The position numbers and the translations under genes were made by a program. Positions 37,205 through 46,050 of a DNA stretch of 64,000 nt are shown here, one piece after another; position 1 is the first letter of the stretch; the number at the start of each line of letters is the position of its first letter. The notes under the pieces are model-generated. The model made no database searches. It worked only from the letters and a program-made list of their open reading frames with translations, and was not told where the DNA came from. Source of the DNA: an uncultured Gemmatimonadaceae bacterium (GTDB lineage Bacteria > Gemmatimonadota > Gemmatimonadetes > Gemmatimonadales > Gemmatimonadaceae). The DNA lies in assembly GCA_963716745.1 (NCBI GenBank), contig OY970320.1, positions 864,001 to 928,000 on the forward strand, given 5' to 3'.

Positions 37205-37300
37205 AAACAACTGCTTTGACAGGATTAACATGATTGACAGGATTGACCACGCCCGCGGTCAATCCTGTCAATCATGTTAATCCTGTCAAAGCAGTTGTTT
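37205..37300. repeat. Family C palindrome
   Basis: AACAACTGCTTTGACAGGATTAACATGATTGACAGGATTGACC...GGTCAATCCTGTCAATCATGTTAATCCTGTCAAAGCAGTTGTT. Confidence 0.92.
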
Positions 37301-37331
37301 CCCGTAACCCCAATATTTCGTAAGATATCGA

Positions 37332-37766
37332 ATGCGAAAGCACGTCCTTCTCTACGGTATCCTCGGCGGCGCCGTTGTCGTGTTGCTCAAGTTGATCGAG
37401 TATCGCTGGCTCGTCGTGGAGTATTCGGTGGAGATCTACGGCGCGCTGGTGGCCGCGGTCTTCGCTTCGGTGGGTATTTGGTTGGGGCTGCGTCTGACCC
37501 GCCCTACCATAGTACTGCAGCAGGTGCCGGCGCCCGCGGAATTCGTGCGCGACGAGAAGCAGGTGGAGTCGCTGGGCCTCACGCCGCGCGAACTGGAGAT
37601 CCTCGAATTCATCGCGCAAGGGCTGAGCAATAAGGAGATCGCCGAGCGCGCCTTCGTGAGCGAGAATACCGTGAAGACCCATTCCAGCCGGGTATTCGAC
37701 AAATTAGGCGCGCAACGGCGTACGCAGGCCGTACAGCGGGGCAAGGAGTTGCGGCTGATCCCATAG
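37332..37766 (+). CDS. Membrane-anchored LuxR-type HTH regulator
   Basis: Two N-terminal TM helices; LTPRELEIL..IAQGLSNKEIA..VSENTVKTH. Confidence 0.88.
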   Translation: MRKHVLLYGILGGAVVVLLKLIEYRWLVVEYSVEIYGALVAAVFASVGIWLGLRLTRPTIVLQQVPAPAEFVRDEKQVESLGLTPRELEILEFIAQGLSNKEIAERAFVSENTVKTHSSRVFDKLGAQRRTQAVQRGKELRLIP

Positions 37767-37768
37767 GG

Positions 37769-37821
37769 TACGACTTTCGGATGATTTCGTGGCGGACCGT
37801 GAAAATCACCCATTCGGGTGA
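37769..37821. promoter_or_regulatory. Candidate operator pair between the LuxR and DUF4199 genes
   Basis: Palindrome TCACCC-ATTC-GGGTGA (37806-37821) and related TACGACTTTCGGATGA (37769-37784). Confidence 0.4.
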
Positions 37822-37878
37822 CGCGCGTTCGCCGCGCCCGTGGCAGGTTGCGCCGTCCCCAACCTGAGAGGAGTTCCA

Positions 37879-38415
37879 ATGCGTAAGATCATCCTGACCT
37901 TCGGCCTCATCGCGGGCGCCATCCTGGCCGTCATGTTCAGCATCTCGCTGGCATTGCACGACCGGATCGGGCTGGATGCAGGGATGTACATCGGCTACAC
38001 GTCGATGGTGCTGGCGTTCCTCATGGTGTTCTTCGGCGTGAGAGCGTACCGCGACAACGTGGCCGGCGGCAGCGTGAGGTTCGGCCGCGCGTTCCTGGTG
38101 GGGCTGGGCATCACCGCGGTCGCGACCGCGTGCTACGTGGCCACCTGGGAAGTGATCTACTACAAGTTCATGCCCGATTTCTACGACAAGTATGCCGCCG
38201 TCGTGATCGACCGCGCGAAGAAGAGTGGCGCGAGCGAGGCGGCGATCGCCGCGAAGGAGAAGGAGATGGCCGCGATGACGGAAGCCGTGAAGAATCCGCT
38301 GGTGGTCATCGCATACACGACGCTCGAGCCGCTGCCCGTGGGATTGCTGTTCACCCTCATCGCGGCGGGCGTACTGAGCCGCAAGAAGCGGATCAATGGG
38401 TTGGCGACGGCGTGA
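37879..38415 (+). CDS. DUF4199-like membrane protein
   Basis: GYTSMVLAF, FGVRAYRD, FGRAFLVGL, YYKFMPDF; four TM helices; RBS GAGGAG. Confidence 0.75.
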   Translation: MRKIILTFGLIAGAILAVMFSISLALHDRIGLDAGMYIGYTSMVLAFLMVFFGVRAYRDNVAGGSVRFGRAFLVGLGITAVATACYVATWEVIYYKFMPDFYDKYAAVVIDRAKKSGASEAAIAAKEKEMAAMTEAVKNPLVVIAYTTLEPLPVGLLFTLIAAGVLSRKKRINGLATA

Positions 38416-38419
38416 ACTC

Positions 38420-38516
38420 AACTGCTTTGACAGGATTAACATGATGGACATGATGAACAACTAACCGGCGGTTAGTTGTTCATCATGTCCATCATGTTAA
38501 TCCTGTCAAAGCAGTT
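38420..38516. repeat. Family C palindrome
   Basis: Perfect hairpin followed by a T-run; may also act as a terminator. Confidence 0.92.
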
Positions 38517-38543
38517 TTTTCGAAACTATAGGAGGCAAGAACC

Positions 38544-38957
38544 ATGTCGGAAAACAAGACTAAAGCCACGAAGGCGAGCGTCGCGGGCTATCTCGCCGCG
38601 ATCAAGGATCCCGCGCGTCGCAAGGATTGTGAAGTACTCGCGAAACTCATGACCAAAGCCAGCAAGGAAAAACCGGCAATGTGGGGAACGAGCATCGTCG
38701 GATTCGGCAGCTATCACTACAAGTACGACAGCGGCCGCGAGGGCGATTCGTGCATCACGGGTTTCTCCTCGCGTGCGGGCGACATCACGATCTACATCAT
38801 GGCCGAGTTCCCGAAGCGCGAGGCGCTGCTCGGGAAACTCGGGAAGCACAAGACGAGCGGCGGGTGTCTGTACATCAAGTCGATGAGCGACGTCGATCCG
38901 AAAGTGCTGGAGCAAGTGATCGCCGGCGCCGCGGCGGAGCGGAGGGCGAAACATTGA
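38544..38957 (+). CDS. DUF1801 domain protein
   Basis: MWGTSIVGFGSYHYKYDSGREGD, LGKHKTSGGCLYIK. Confidence 0.85.
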   Translation: MSENKTKATKASVAGYLAAIKDPARRKDCEVLAKLMTKASKEKPAMWGTSIVGFGSYHYKYDSGREGDSCITGFSSRAGDITIYIMAEFPKREALLGKLGKHKTSGGCLYIKSMSDVDPKVLEQVIAGAAAERRAKH

Positions 38958-39379
38958 GCCGCGATCATCTGCGACTCATTTTCCACGCGGCGATCGTGCT
39001 GTTCGTGGGCCTCATGTGCGGATTGCCGACCGTCCTCGAAGAAGGGCCTGATGCCTCGCGCCATTGGCATACCGCGCATGAGGCCCTGATCATGATGGGC
39101 GTCTGGATGCTCGCGACCGCCGCCGTGATGCCTGCCCTCTCGCTCGAGCGCCGCGAGATGACCGCGTTGCGCTGGTCGATGCTGGGCGTCGGCTATGGCT
39201 TCATGCTGACGCTGCTCATCCAGGGCGTGACCGGCTTTCCGTCATTCGAACCCGGCGCGTCGCCCATCCGCATCGTGGAGTTTACGGCAAGCATTCTGGG
39301 AATACTCGGCGCGGTGATGACTTCGCTGATCACGCTCCGCGGCGCGAAGGCGGCGCTGGACGGCCGGCCTCGAGAATAA
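38954..39379 (+). CDS. Four-TM membrane protein (styrene-oxide-isomerase-like, tentative)
   Basis: TTG start overlapping the upstream stop; hydrophobic helices, WHTAHEALIMMG. Confidence 0.5.
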   Translation: MSRDHLRLIFHAAIVLFVGLMCGLPTVLEEGPDASRHWHTAHEALIMMGVWMLATAAVMPALSLERREMTALRWSMLGVGYGFMLTLLIQGVTGFPSFEPGASPIRIVEFTASILGILGAVMTSLITLRGAKAALDGRPRE

Positions 39380-39383
39380 GAAC

Positions 39384-39484
39384 GCGGGACTCGGGACTCG
39401 GGACTCGCCGCGGGATTCGAAACGGAAGATGAATCCCCGTCCCCTTCCCGCGTCCCGCGGCGAGTCCCGAATCCCGAATCCCGA
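39384..39484. repeat. Family G heptamer palindrome (CGGGACT)n
   Basis: (CGGGACT)x3-CGCCGCGGGA...TCCCGCGGCG-AGTCCCG-(AATCCCG)x2. Confidence 0.85.
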
Positions 39485-39542
39485 ACACTACCAAGCTTGT
39501 GCTCCCGATGGAGCGCGGAGCGTGACCGACCAGGAAGCGGAT

Positions 39543-40109
39543 TTATCTCTTGTAGACCGCCACCAGCTCCGCCTTCCCCAACATATTCCCATGCAGGTTA
39601 AAGCCCACATACGCCGCCGTCGCGCCGGCCGGAAGATCCAGATGCTCCACCTTCAGCGCGTACACCGTGATCTGATAGTGGTGGTCCTTGGATCCCGGCG
39701 GTGGGCACGGGCCGCCATACCCCGGCGTTCCGAAATCGGTGTTCCCCTGCGTCGCGCCGGTCGGCAACAGATTCTTGCTCGCGTCGCCCGCGCCCGCCGG
39801 CAGTGACGTGGTGCTCGCCGGAATGTTGTACACCACCCAATGCCACCACCCGCTGCCCGTGGGCGCGTCGGGATCGTACATGGTCACGGCGTAACTCTTC
39901 GTTCCCTCGGGCGCGCCCTTCCATGACAGCTCGGGCGACATGTTCTGCCCCATGCATCCCATTCCGCTGTAGACGTTCGCGGCCGGGATCATCTTCCCCT
40001 CGTGCACGTCAGTGCTGCTCAGCTCGAACTTGAACGCCGCGTGGTCGCCCGAGCTCAGCGCGGCCGTGAGCATCGCAATGATCGCGTAGCCAGAAAGTGC
40101 TTTGAGCAT
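39543..40109 (-). CDS. YbhB/YbcL (PEBP / Raf kinase inhibitor-like) protein, secreted
   Basis: SPELSW, YDPDAPTGSGWWHW, YGGPCPP, HHYQITVYAL. Confidence 0.92.
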   Translation of the reverse strand: MLKALSGYAIIAMLTAALSSGDHAAFKFELSSTDVHEGKMIPAANVYSGMGCMGQNMSPELSWKGAPEGTKSYAVTMYDPDAPTGSGWWHWVVYNIPASTTSLPAGAGDASKNLLPTGATQGNTDFGTPGYGGPCPPPGSKDHHYQITVYALKVEHLDLPAGATAAYVGFNLHGNMLGKAELVAVYKR

Positions 40110-40190
40110 GACAATTCTCCTTTCGAGAGACTTTCACTGCTCCGGAAAACTGGAAGAACAACTCCGATTCCGAAAGGCCAGCTGCCCTCC

Positions 40191-40342
40191 GGCGCGTGTA
40201 GGCCTTAGTACCGCTGAAAGGGCGCGTCTAGCAACTGAGCGTATGGTACGGCTCTGCGGGAGTAGGCCCACTCGCGCCGAGCCGTACCATACGCTCAGTT
40301 GCCAAACGCGCTGTTTCAGCGGTACTAGAGCCTACACGCGCC
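40191..40342. repeat. Family B palindrome
   Basis: GGCGCGTGTAGGCCTTAGTACCGCTGAAA...TTTCAGCGGTACTAGAGCCTACACGCGCC. Confidence 0.9.
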
Positions 40343-40383
40343 TGTAGCTTGTGGCGAGTGACCGGCAGCCGCATCTTCGCCAA

Positions 40384-41967
40384 GTGATCCATCGCAGCCC
40401 CTACCCCGACGTCGTGATCCCCGACGTCCCTTTCCATCAATTCGTGCTCGCGCGCGCGAAGGCACTCGGCGACAAGCCCGCGCTCATCGACGGACCAACC
40501 GGCCGCGTGCTGTCGTATGCCTCGCTCGCCGCCGGCGTCGAGCGCGTCGCCGCCGGACTCGCGGCGCGCGGATTCGCGAAAGGCGATGTATTTGCGATCT
40601 TCGCGCCGAATTGTCCCGACTTCGCGCTCGCCTACCTCGGCGCCGCCGCTGCGGGCGGTGTGATCACCACGATCAGCCCGCTCGCGCCACTCGATGATCT
40701 CGCCAAGCAGCTCGCGAATTCGCGCGCACGGTATCTCGTTACGATCCCGCAGTTCCTCGATCGCGCGGCCCCCGCAGCCGATCGCGCCGGCGTCGAGGAG
40801 ATCTTCGTCTTCGAGACCGCCGATAGTGCGACGCCATTCGCATCGCTCGCTGAATTCGACGGCCGCGCCCCCGCGATGATCTTCGATCCCGCCAACGACC
40901 TCGTCGCACTCCCCTACTCCAGCGGCACCACCGGCCTGTGCAAGGGCGTGATGCTCACGCACCGGAACCTGGTCGCGAACGTGCTGCAATCCGCCGCAAT
41001 GCTGCGGATCGGCGAACACGATCGCGCTATCGCGCTCATGCCCTTCTTTCATATCTACGGCATGGTCGTCGTGATGGGCCTCCATCTTTCACAGGGCGCG
41101 ACGCTGGTCACGATGCCGAAGTTCGAGATGGAGACGTTCCTCGCGCACCTGCAAACGCATCGCATCACACACGTGTGCGTCGCGCCGCCGGTGATCGTCG
41201 CGCTCGCCAAGCATCCCGCACTCGGCACGATTGACCTTTCGAATCTCAGGATCCTCTTCTCCGGCGCCGCGCCAATGGACGCCGAGCTGCAGCGCGCGTG
41301 CGCCGCGCGTCTCGGATGTGACGTGATGCAAGGGTACGGCATGACCGAGGCGAGCCCCGTCACGCACGCGACCAGCGCGCTCCCGGGTAAGAATCGTCCC
41401 GGCACCGTGGGCGAAGTCGCGCCGAACACGGAGTGCCGCATCATCGACGTCGCGACGGGCACAGACGCCGCGCCCGGCGCACCCGGCGAACTCTGGGTGC
41501 GCGGCCCTCAAGTCATGAAGGGATACCTCGGCGACGCCGCCGCCACCGCGTTAACGCTCGACGCCGACGGATGGCTGCACACGGGCGACATCGGCTGCGC
41601 CAATGCGGATGGGTATTTCACCATCGTCGACCGACTCAAGGAGTTGATCAAGTACAAAGGATACCAGGTGCCGCCCGCGGAACTCGAAGCGCTGCTGCTC
41701 ACGCATCCGTGCGTGGCGGACGCGGCGGTGATCGGTGTGCCGGATGCAGATGCCGGTGAATCGCCGAAGGCATTCGTAGTGCTCAAGGGCAACGTGAGCG
41801 CGGAGTCGCTCATGGAGTTCGTTGCCGAGCGCGTCGCGCCGTACAAGCGGATTCGGAGCGTTGAGTTCATCGACGCGATTCCCAAGTCGCCGTCGGGGAA
41901 GATACTGCGGCGCATACTGAAGGACCGAACGACTAACAGCCGGGAACCGATTACCGGGAACCGGTGA
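40384..41967 (+). CDS. 4-coumarate-CoA-ligase-like AMP-dependent synthetase
   Basis: YSSGTTGLCKGV, QGYGMTE, GWLHTGD, DRLKELIKYKG, PKSPSGKILRR. Confidence 0.9.
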   Translation: MIHRSPYPDVVIPDVPFHQFVLARAKALGDKPALIDGPTGRVLSYASLAAGVERVAAGLAARGFAKGDVFAIFAPNCPDFALAYLGAAAAGGVITTISPLAPLDDLAKQLANSRARYLVTIPQFLDRAAPAADRAGVEEIFVFETADSATPFASLAEFDGRAPAMIFDPANDLVALPYSSGTTGLCKGVMLTHRNLVANVLQSAAMLRIGEHDRAIALMPFFHIYGMVVVMGLHLSQGATLVTMPKFEMETFLAHLQTHRITHVCVAPPVIVALAKHPALGTIDLSNLRILFSGAAPMDAELQRACAARLGCDVMQGYGMTEASPVTHATSALPGKNRPGTVGEVAPNTECRIIDVATGTDAAPGAPGELWVRGPQVMKGYLGDAAATALTLDADGWLHTGDIGCANADGYFTIVDRLKELIKYKGYQVPPAELEALLLTHPCVADAAVIGVPDADAGESPKAFVVLKGNVSAESLMEFVAERVAPYKRIRSVEFIDAIPKSPSGKILRRILKDRTTNSREPITGNR

Positions 41968-42057
41968 TGCATGACAACGCATGGTGTTACGGCAGTGCGC
42001 GACGTCGTAATACCATGTTTGGTCATGCCACACCGGTTCCCGGCAATCGGTTCCCGG
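41940..42057. repeat. Family A palindrome
   Basis: Full copy overlapping the ligase stop codon. Confidence 0.95.
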
Positions 42058-42098
42058 CAGTTCGAACGAACCCACTCACTCGCGTGTATTGTTAGCAC

Positions 42099-43050
42099 AT
42101 GCCTGGAAACCGCGAAGACGCCGAGTCCATCAGCCGCCGCAACGCGATCCAGACCCTCATCGCGATCGGCGCGGGCTCATTGATCGCGCCCAAGTTCGCC
42201 GAGGCACAAGGGGCGGCCGCGCTCAACACACGCACGATCCCGCATTCGGGCGAGAAACTCCCCGTGGTCGGACTCGGCAGCTGGATCACGTTTAACGTCG
42301 GCAACGATCCGGACGCGCTCAAGAATTGCGCGCAGGTCGTGAGTCACTTCGCCGCGCGCGGCGGCCGGCTTATCGATTCATCGCCAATGTACGGCAGTTC
42401 ACAGGCGACGATCGGCTACGCGCTGCGCACGCTCAAGGACAAGAGCGCCATCTTCTCCGCCGACAAAGTTTGGACCTCGTCGGCGAGCGAGGCCGCGCCG
42501 CAGATCGCGGAGACGCGAGAAACGCTGGGGCGTCGCGAAGCTCGATCTGCTCGAGGTGCACAACCTGGAAGGCTGGGAACTTCATCTTCCAAAGCTCTTC
42601 GCGATGAAGGCCGCGGGTCAACTGCGATACGTGGGCGTCACCACGTCGCACAATCGCCGGCTCGACGAGACCGAGCAGATCATGCGCTCGCAGCCGATCG
42701 ACTTCGTGCAGTTCACGTACAACATCAGTGACCGCGAACCCGAGCAGCGCCTCCTGCCGCTCGCGCAGGAGCGCGGCATCGCGGTGATCACCAACCGTCC
42801 GTTCCAGGAAGGCGAACTCATCCAGCGCTTTCAGGGTCGCCCGCTGCCGCCGTGGGCCGCGGAGATCGGCGCGCCCACATGGCCGCGCTTCCTGCTCAGC
42901 TACATCGTGTCGCACCCGGCGGTCACGTGCGCGATCCCGGCGACGAGCCAGGTGGCGCACGTCGAAGAGAACATGAGCGCCGCGTACGGTACCCTTCCCG
43001 ACGCACCGACTCGCAAACGCATGGCGGCGTACGTCGACTCGCTCTCATGA
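42099..43050 (+). CDS. Aldo/keto reductase with Tat-like signal (frameshift ~42530)
   Basis: SRRNAI, LPVVGLGSW, IDSSPMYG, then VHNL, YVGVT, AIPATS. Confidence 0.85.
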
Positions 43051-43737
43051 GCGAATGGTGGACGTACCGCCCTCACGATCTCCTCATGTACTCGGCGCGG
43101 GCCTATTACGGTCTGTTCGCGCTGGAGAATTCGCGAGTGTGGCCGTTGCAGCTCATGGCCATCGCGATCGGCGCCACCGCGATCGAGTGGCTCTGGCGAG
43201 GACGCGCGCGCGATCAGCGGATCGCGATCGTGCTCATCGCGGTAGCATGGTGCAGCGTGGCGTGGCTGTACTTCGTGAACGAGTACAGCACCATCCACAC
43301 GATGGCCCGCGGCTTCGCGATCGCGTTCGTCGCGCAGGCGGTGCTGCTTGCGATCGCTGCAGGGAGACTCGCACCATCCGATGCGCGCTCGCGCGCCGGA
43401 GTCGCGCTCGCCCTGATCGCACTCGCAGGTATCCCACTCCTAGCGCCACTCACTGGACGCCCGTGGTCACAAGCCGAGCTATTCGCGCTCGCGCCTGACC
43501 CGACCGTCGGCGTCACGATCGGCGCACTGCTCCTGCTGCCCGGGGAGCAGATGGTGGCTCTGGCCCATCCCTCTCCTGTGGACACTCTACAACGGAGCAA
43601 CGTTGTGGCTGCTCCACGCCTACGCCGGCCTGGCGCTGCCGGCGATCGCGGTCGTCGCGTTGTTCACACGCATCATCGGCAGGAATTCAGTCGATGCGGC
43701 CTCCGTCCCATCCGTTCCATCCGTCCGATCCGTGTAG
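43047..43737 (+). CDS. DUF6064-like membrane protein (frameshift ~43545)
   Basis: MSEWWTYRPHDLLMYS, GRPWSQAELFALAPDPT; the shifted frame continues WPIPLLW to TAG 43735-43737. Confidence 0.65.
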
Positions 43738-43893
43738 AATATGAACCGTGATCTCCGCGCGCCCGCAACGATCGATGCGGTTTCGAGGGATCACGGTTCA
43801 TGTTTTGAACGGATCAGACGGATGGAACGGATGGGACGGAGACCGCGTGAAGGGCATCGGCGCGCAAGCAATACTGCATTTTTTGGGAACGGC
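43696..43893. repeat. Family D inverted pair (GATCACGGTTCAT...ACGGATGGA 9-nt periodic)
   Basis: 43696-43753 is the reverse complement of 43789-43846; continues to TTTTTTGGGAAC. Confidence 0.85.
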
Positions 43894-43916
43894 TAGCGCA
43901 TGTTAGGTGGAATTAA

Positions 43917-43954
43917 TTGTCATGCCACACCGGTTCCCGGCAACCGGTTCCCGG
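43917..43954. repeat. Family A right arm only
   Basis: TTGTCATGCCACACCGGTTCCCGGCAACCGGTTCCCGG. Confidence 0.85.
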
Positions 43955-44146
43955 TAGTAAGAACTACGCACTCGTGACATTTCCGAGTCGTGCATCTCTC
44001 CGGTCCCGACAATATCCTTCGAACCCTATCTCACCTCCGGCGCGCCAAGCGCGCCGACGGTCCGGGAGAGCACCGGCACATCCGCCGGCCTCTGGCGTTG
44101 CCCAATCGGCCACCCGGATCGCGCACGAAGAACAATGGGAGGCACC

Positions 44147-44755
44147 ATGCACAACGGAAGCGCAGTGCTCGTGATCGACATGGCGAACGACTTCGTGTTC
44201 CCTTCCGGAGTCATCGCCGGCGCCGGCGGCGCGGAGTACCAGGAGCGCGCCCAGGCGATCATCCCGCGATTGAGCCGATTGCTCGACGCGGCCCGTCACA
44301 ACGGCACGCTCGTCGTGTACGCGACCGACGCGCATACGCCGGACGACGGCGAGCTCAGGAAGTGGCCACCGCATTCCATGAAGGGAACGAAGCTCGCCGA
44401 GATCGTCGACGACCTGCGTCCGGGCCCGGATGATCTCGTGCTGGAGAAGAACACCTACAGCGCGTTCGCTTCCACCGACCTCGAGCGGCTGCTGCGCGAC
44501 CGCGGCATCACGCGCCTCTACATCACGGGGCTGCACACCGATTGCTGCGCTCGACACGCGAGCGCCGATGCGTTCCAGAAGGGATTCGATCTCGTGTGGG
44601 TGACGGACGCGTTGCAAGCGTTCACTGAAGAGGCCCACCGATCGGGGCTGGAGTACATGAAGTCATGGTACGCGACGGATCCGGATAAACAATTCCGGAC
44701 GGCAAGTGAAATCGAGACCGAATGGAGTCGGGTGCCGGAGATGGCAGAAGCGTAA
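44147..44755 (+). CDS. Cysteine hydrolase (isochorismatase/nicotinamidase family)
   Basis: VLVIDMANDF, WPPH, EKNTYSAF, GLHTDCC. Confidence 0.9.
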   Translation: MHNGSAVLVIDMANDFVFPSGVIAGAGGAEYQERAQAIIPRLSRLLDAARHNGTLVVYATDAHTPDDGELRKWPPHSMKGTKLAEIVDDLRPGPDDLVLEKNTYSAFASTDLERLLRDRGITRLYITGLHTDCCARHASADAFQKGFDLVWVTDALQAFTEEAHRSGLEYMKSWYATDPDKQFRTASEIETEWSRVPEMAEA

Positions 44756-44764
44756 CTGCAACGG

Positions 44765-44882
44765 CCGGGAACCGATTGCCGGGAACCGGTGTGGCATGAC
44801 AACGCATTCCTTAACGACATAGCGCGAAGTCGTGATGTCATGCGTTGTCATGCATCACCGGTTCCCGGCAATCGGTTCCCGG
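44765..44882. repeat. Family A palindrome
   Basis: Full copy. Confidence 0.95.
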
Positions 44883-44929
44883 TAGTCGCCGTGTTGCGTG
44901 AACCCGCCGTGGATGGCAAGCTCACGGCC

Positions 44930-45700
44930 ATGCGCGTCACCGTTTGCGAACTCCCTCACGACCCCGTCGCGTTCGCGACAGCCTGGGCCAAGCTGTGCGC
45001 TCACGCCGATCGTCAAGAATCCGAACTCGTGCTGCTTCCCGAGTTCGCGATGGTCGAGCCGTTGTGGGAGACGGAACGATTCGATGCGGCTCGCTGGACC
45101 TCCGCGGAGCAGAAGGGGAATGACTTGCTCGCGCGACTTCCCGAGTTGTGCGCTGGGTTCGTCGTGTGCACACGCCCGGTGACGCGTGACGGGCGGCGAT
45201 TGAACGAGAGTTACATCGCTAGCGCGGGTGCGGTGACGCCCCTGCGCAGCAAGCATTTCTTGCCCGATGAGTCCGGCGGTTGGGAAGCAAAATGGTTCGA
45301 CCGCGGCGACGCCGAATTCCCCGTGTATCATTTTGGCGCGATCCAGTTCGGTCTGAACATCTGCACGGAGCTCTGGGCACTCGAGAGCTACGCCGCGTAC
45401 GCTCGCGACGGTGCGCAAGCCATCCTGTGCCCGCGCGCGACCGCCGCCGCCACCACGCCAAAGTGGATGGCGGCCGGTGTCGTGGCGGCCGTGCGTTCGG
45501 GTGCGTACTGCCTCTCATCGAACCGCGTGGATCCTACCGGGGCGACTGGCGGGGTCGGATGGATCATCGGCCCGGACGGCCAGACGCTCGCAACCACCTC
45601 GCGCGAATCTCCGTTCGCGACGATCGAGATCGATCTCGCGGCGCCCGCGAGAGCGCGCGCGACGTATCCGCGATACGTGTTCCGTGATCCAGCGCACTGA
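44930..45700 (+). CDS. Carbon-nitrogen hydrolase (nitrilase superfamily)
   Basis: Triad motifs LLPE, SKHFLP, ICTE. Confidence 0.88.
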   Translation: MRVTVCELPHDPVAFATAWAKLCAHADRQESELVLLPEFAMVEPLWETERFDAARWTSAEQKGNDLLARLPELCAGFVVCTRPVTRDGRRLNESYIASAGAVTPLRSKHFLPDESGGWEAKWFDRGDAEFPVYHFGAIQFGLNICTELWALESYAAYARDGAQAILCPRATAAATTPKWMAAGVVAAVRSGAYCLSSNRVDPTGATGGVGWIIGPDGQTLATTSRESPFATIEIDLAAPARARATYPRYVFRDPAH

Positions 45701-45723
45701 TCGCTCGCGAAGAGGCGGGGAAA

Positions 45724-46042
45724 GATCACGGTTCATGTTTGAACGGATCTGACGGATGGAACGGATGGGACGGAGACCGCGTGAAGAGCGTTAGCGCGCG
45801 AACAAATGCAAGCGTTGGGAACAGCTCGCGCGAATCGAGATCGAGCAAGGGAGCGGCGGCGCCCCCGGCGCAGCCGCGGCAGCGAAAAGCGAGAGACTCG
45901 CGCGTCGTCTGCGCGAGGCTCGAAGCGGTTTGAGCGAAAGCGGCCTAGCCGGGGGCGTCGCCGCGACCGGCGGCGCGACGACCCCACGCGCGGTTTGAGC
46001 GAAAGCGGCCTAGCCGGGGCGACGCCGCGACCGGCGGCGCGA
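45724..46042 (+). repeat. Family D+E composite element with a tandem-duplicated 3' part
   Basis: Closely matches 49280-49525; CGGTTTGAGCGAAAGCGGCCTAGCCGGGG occurs twice. Confidence 0.88.
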
Positions 46043-46050
46043 AGTCGTAA

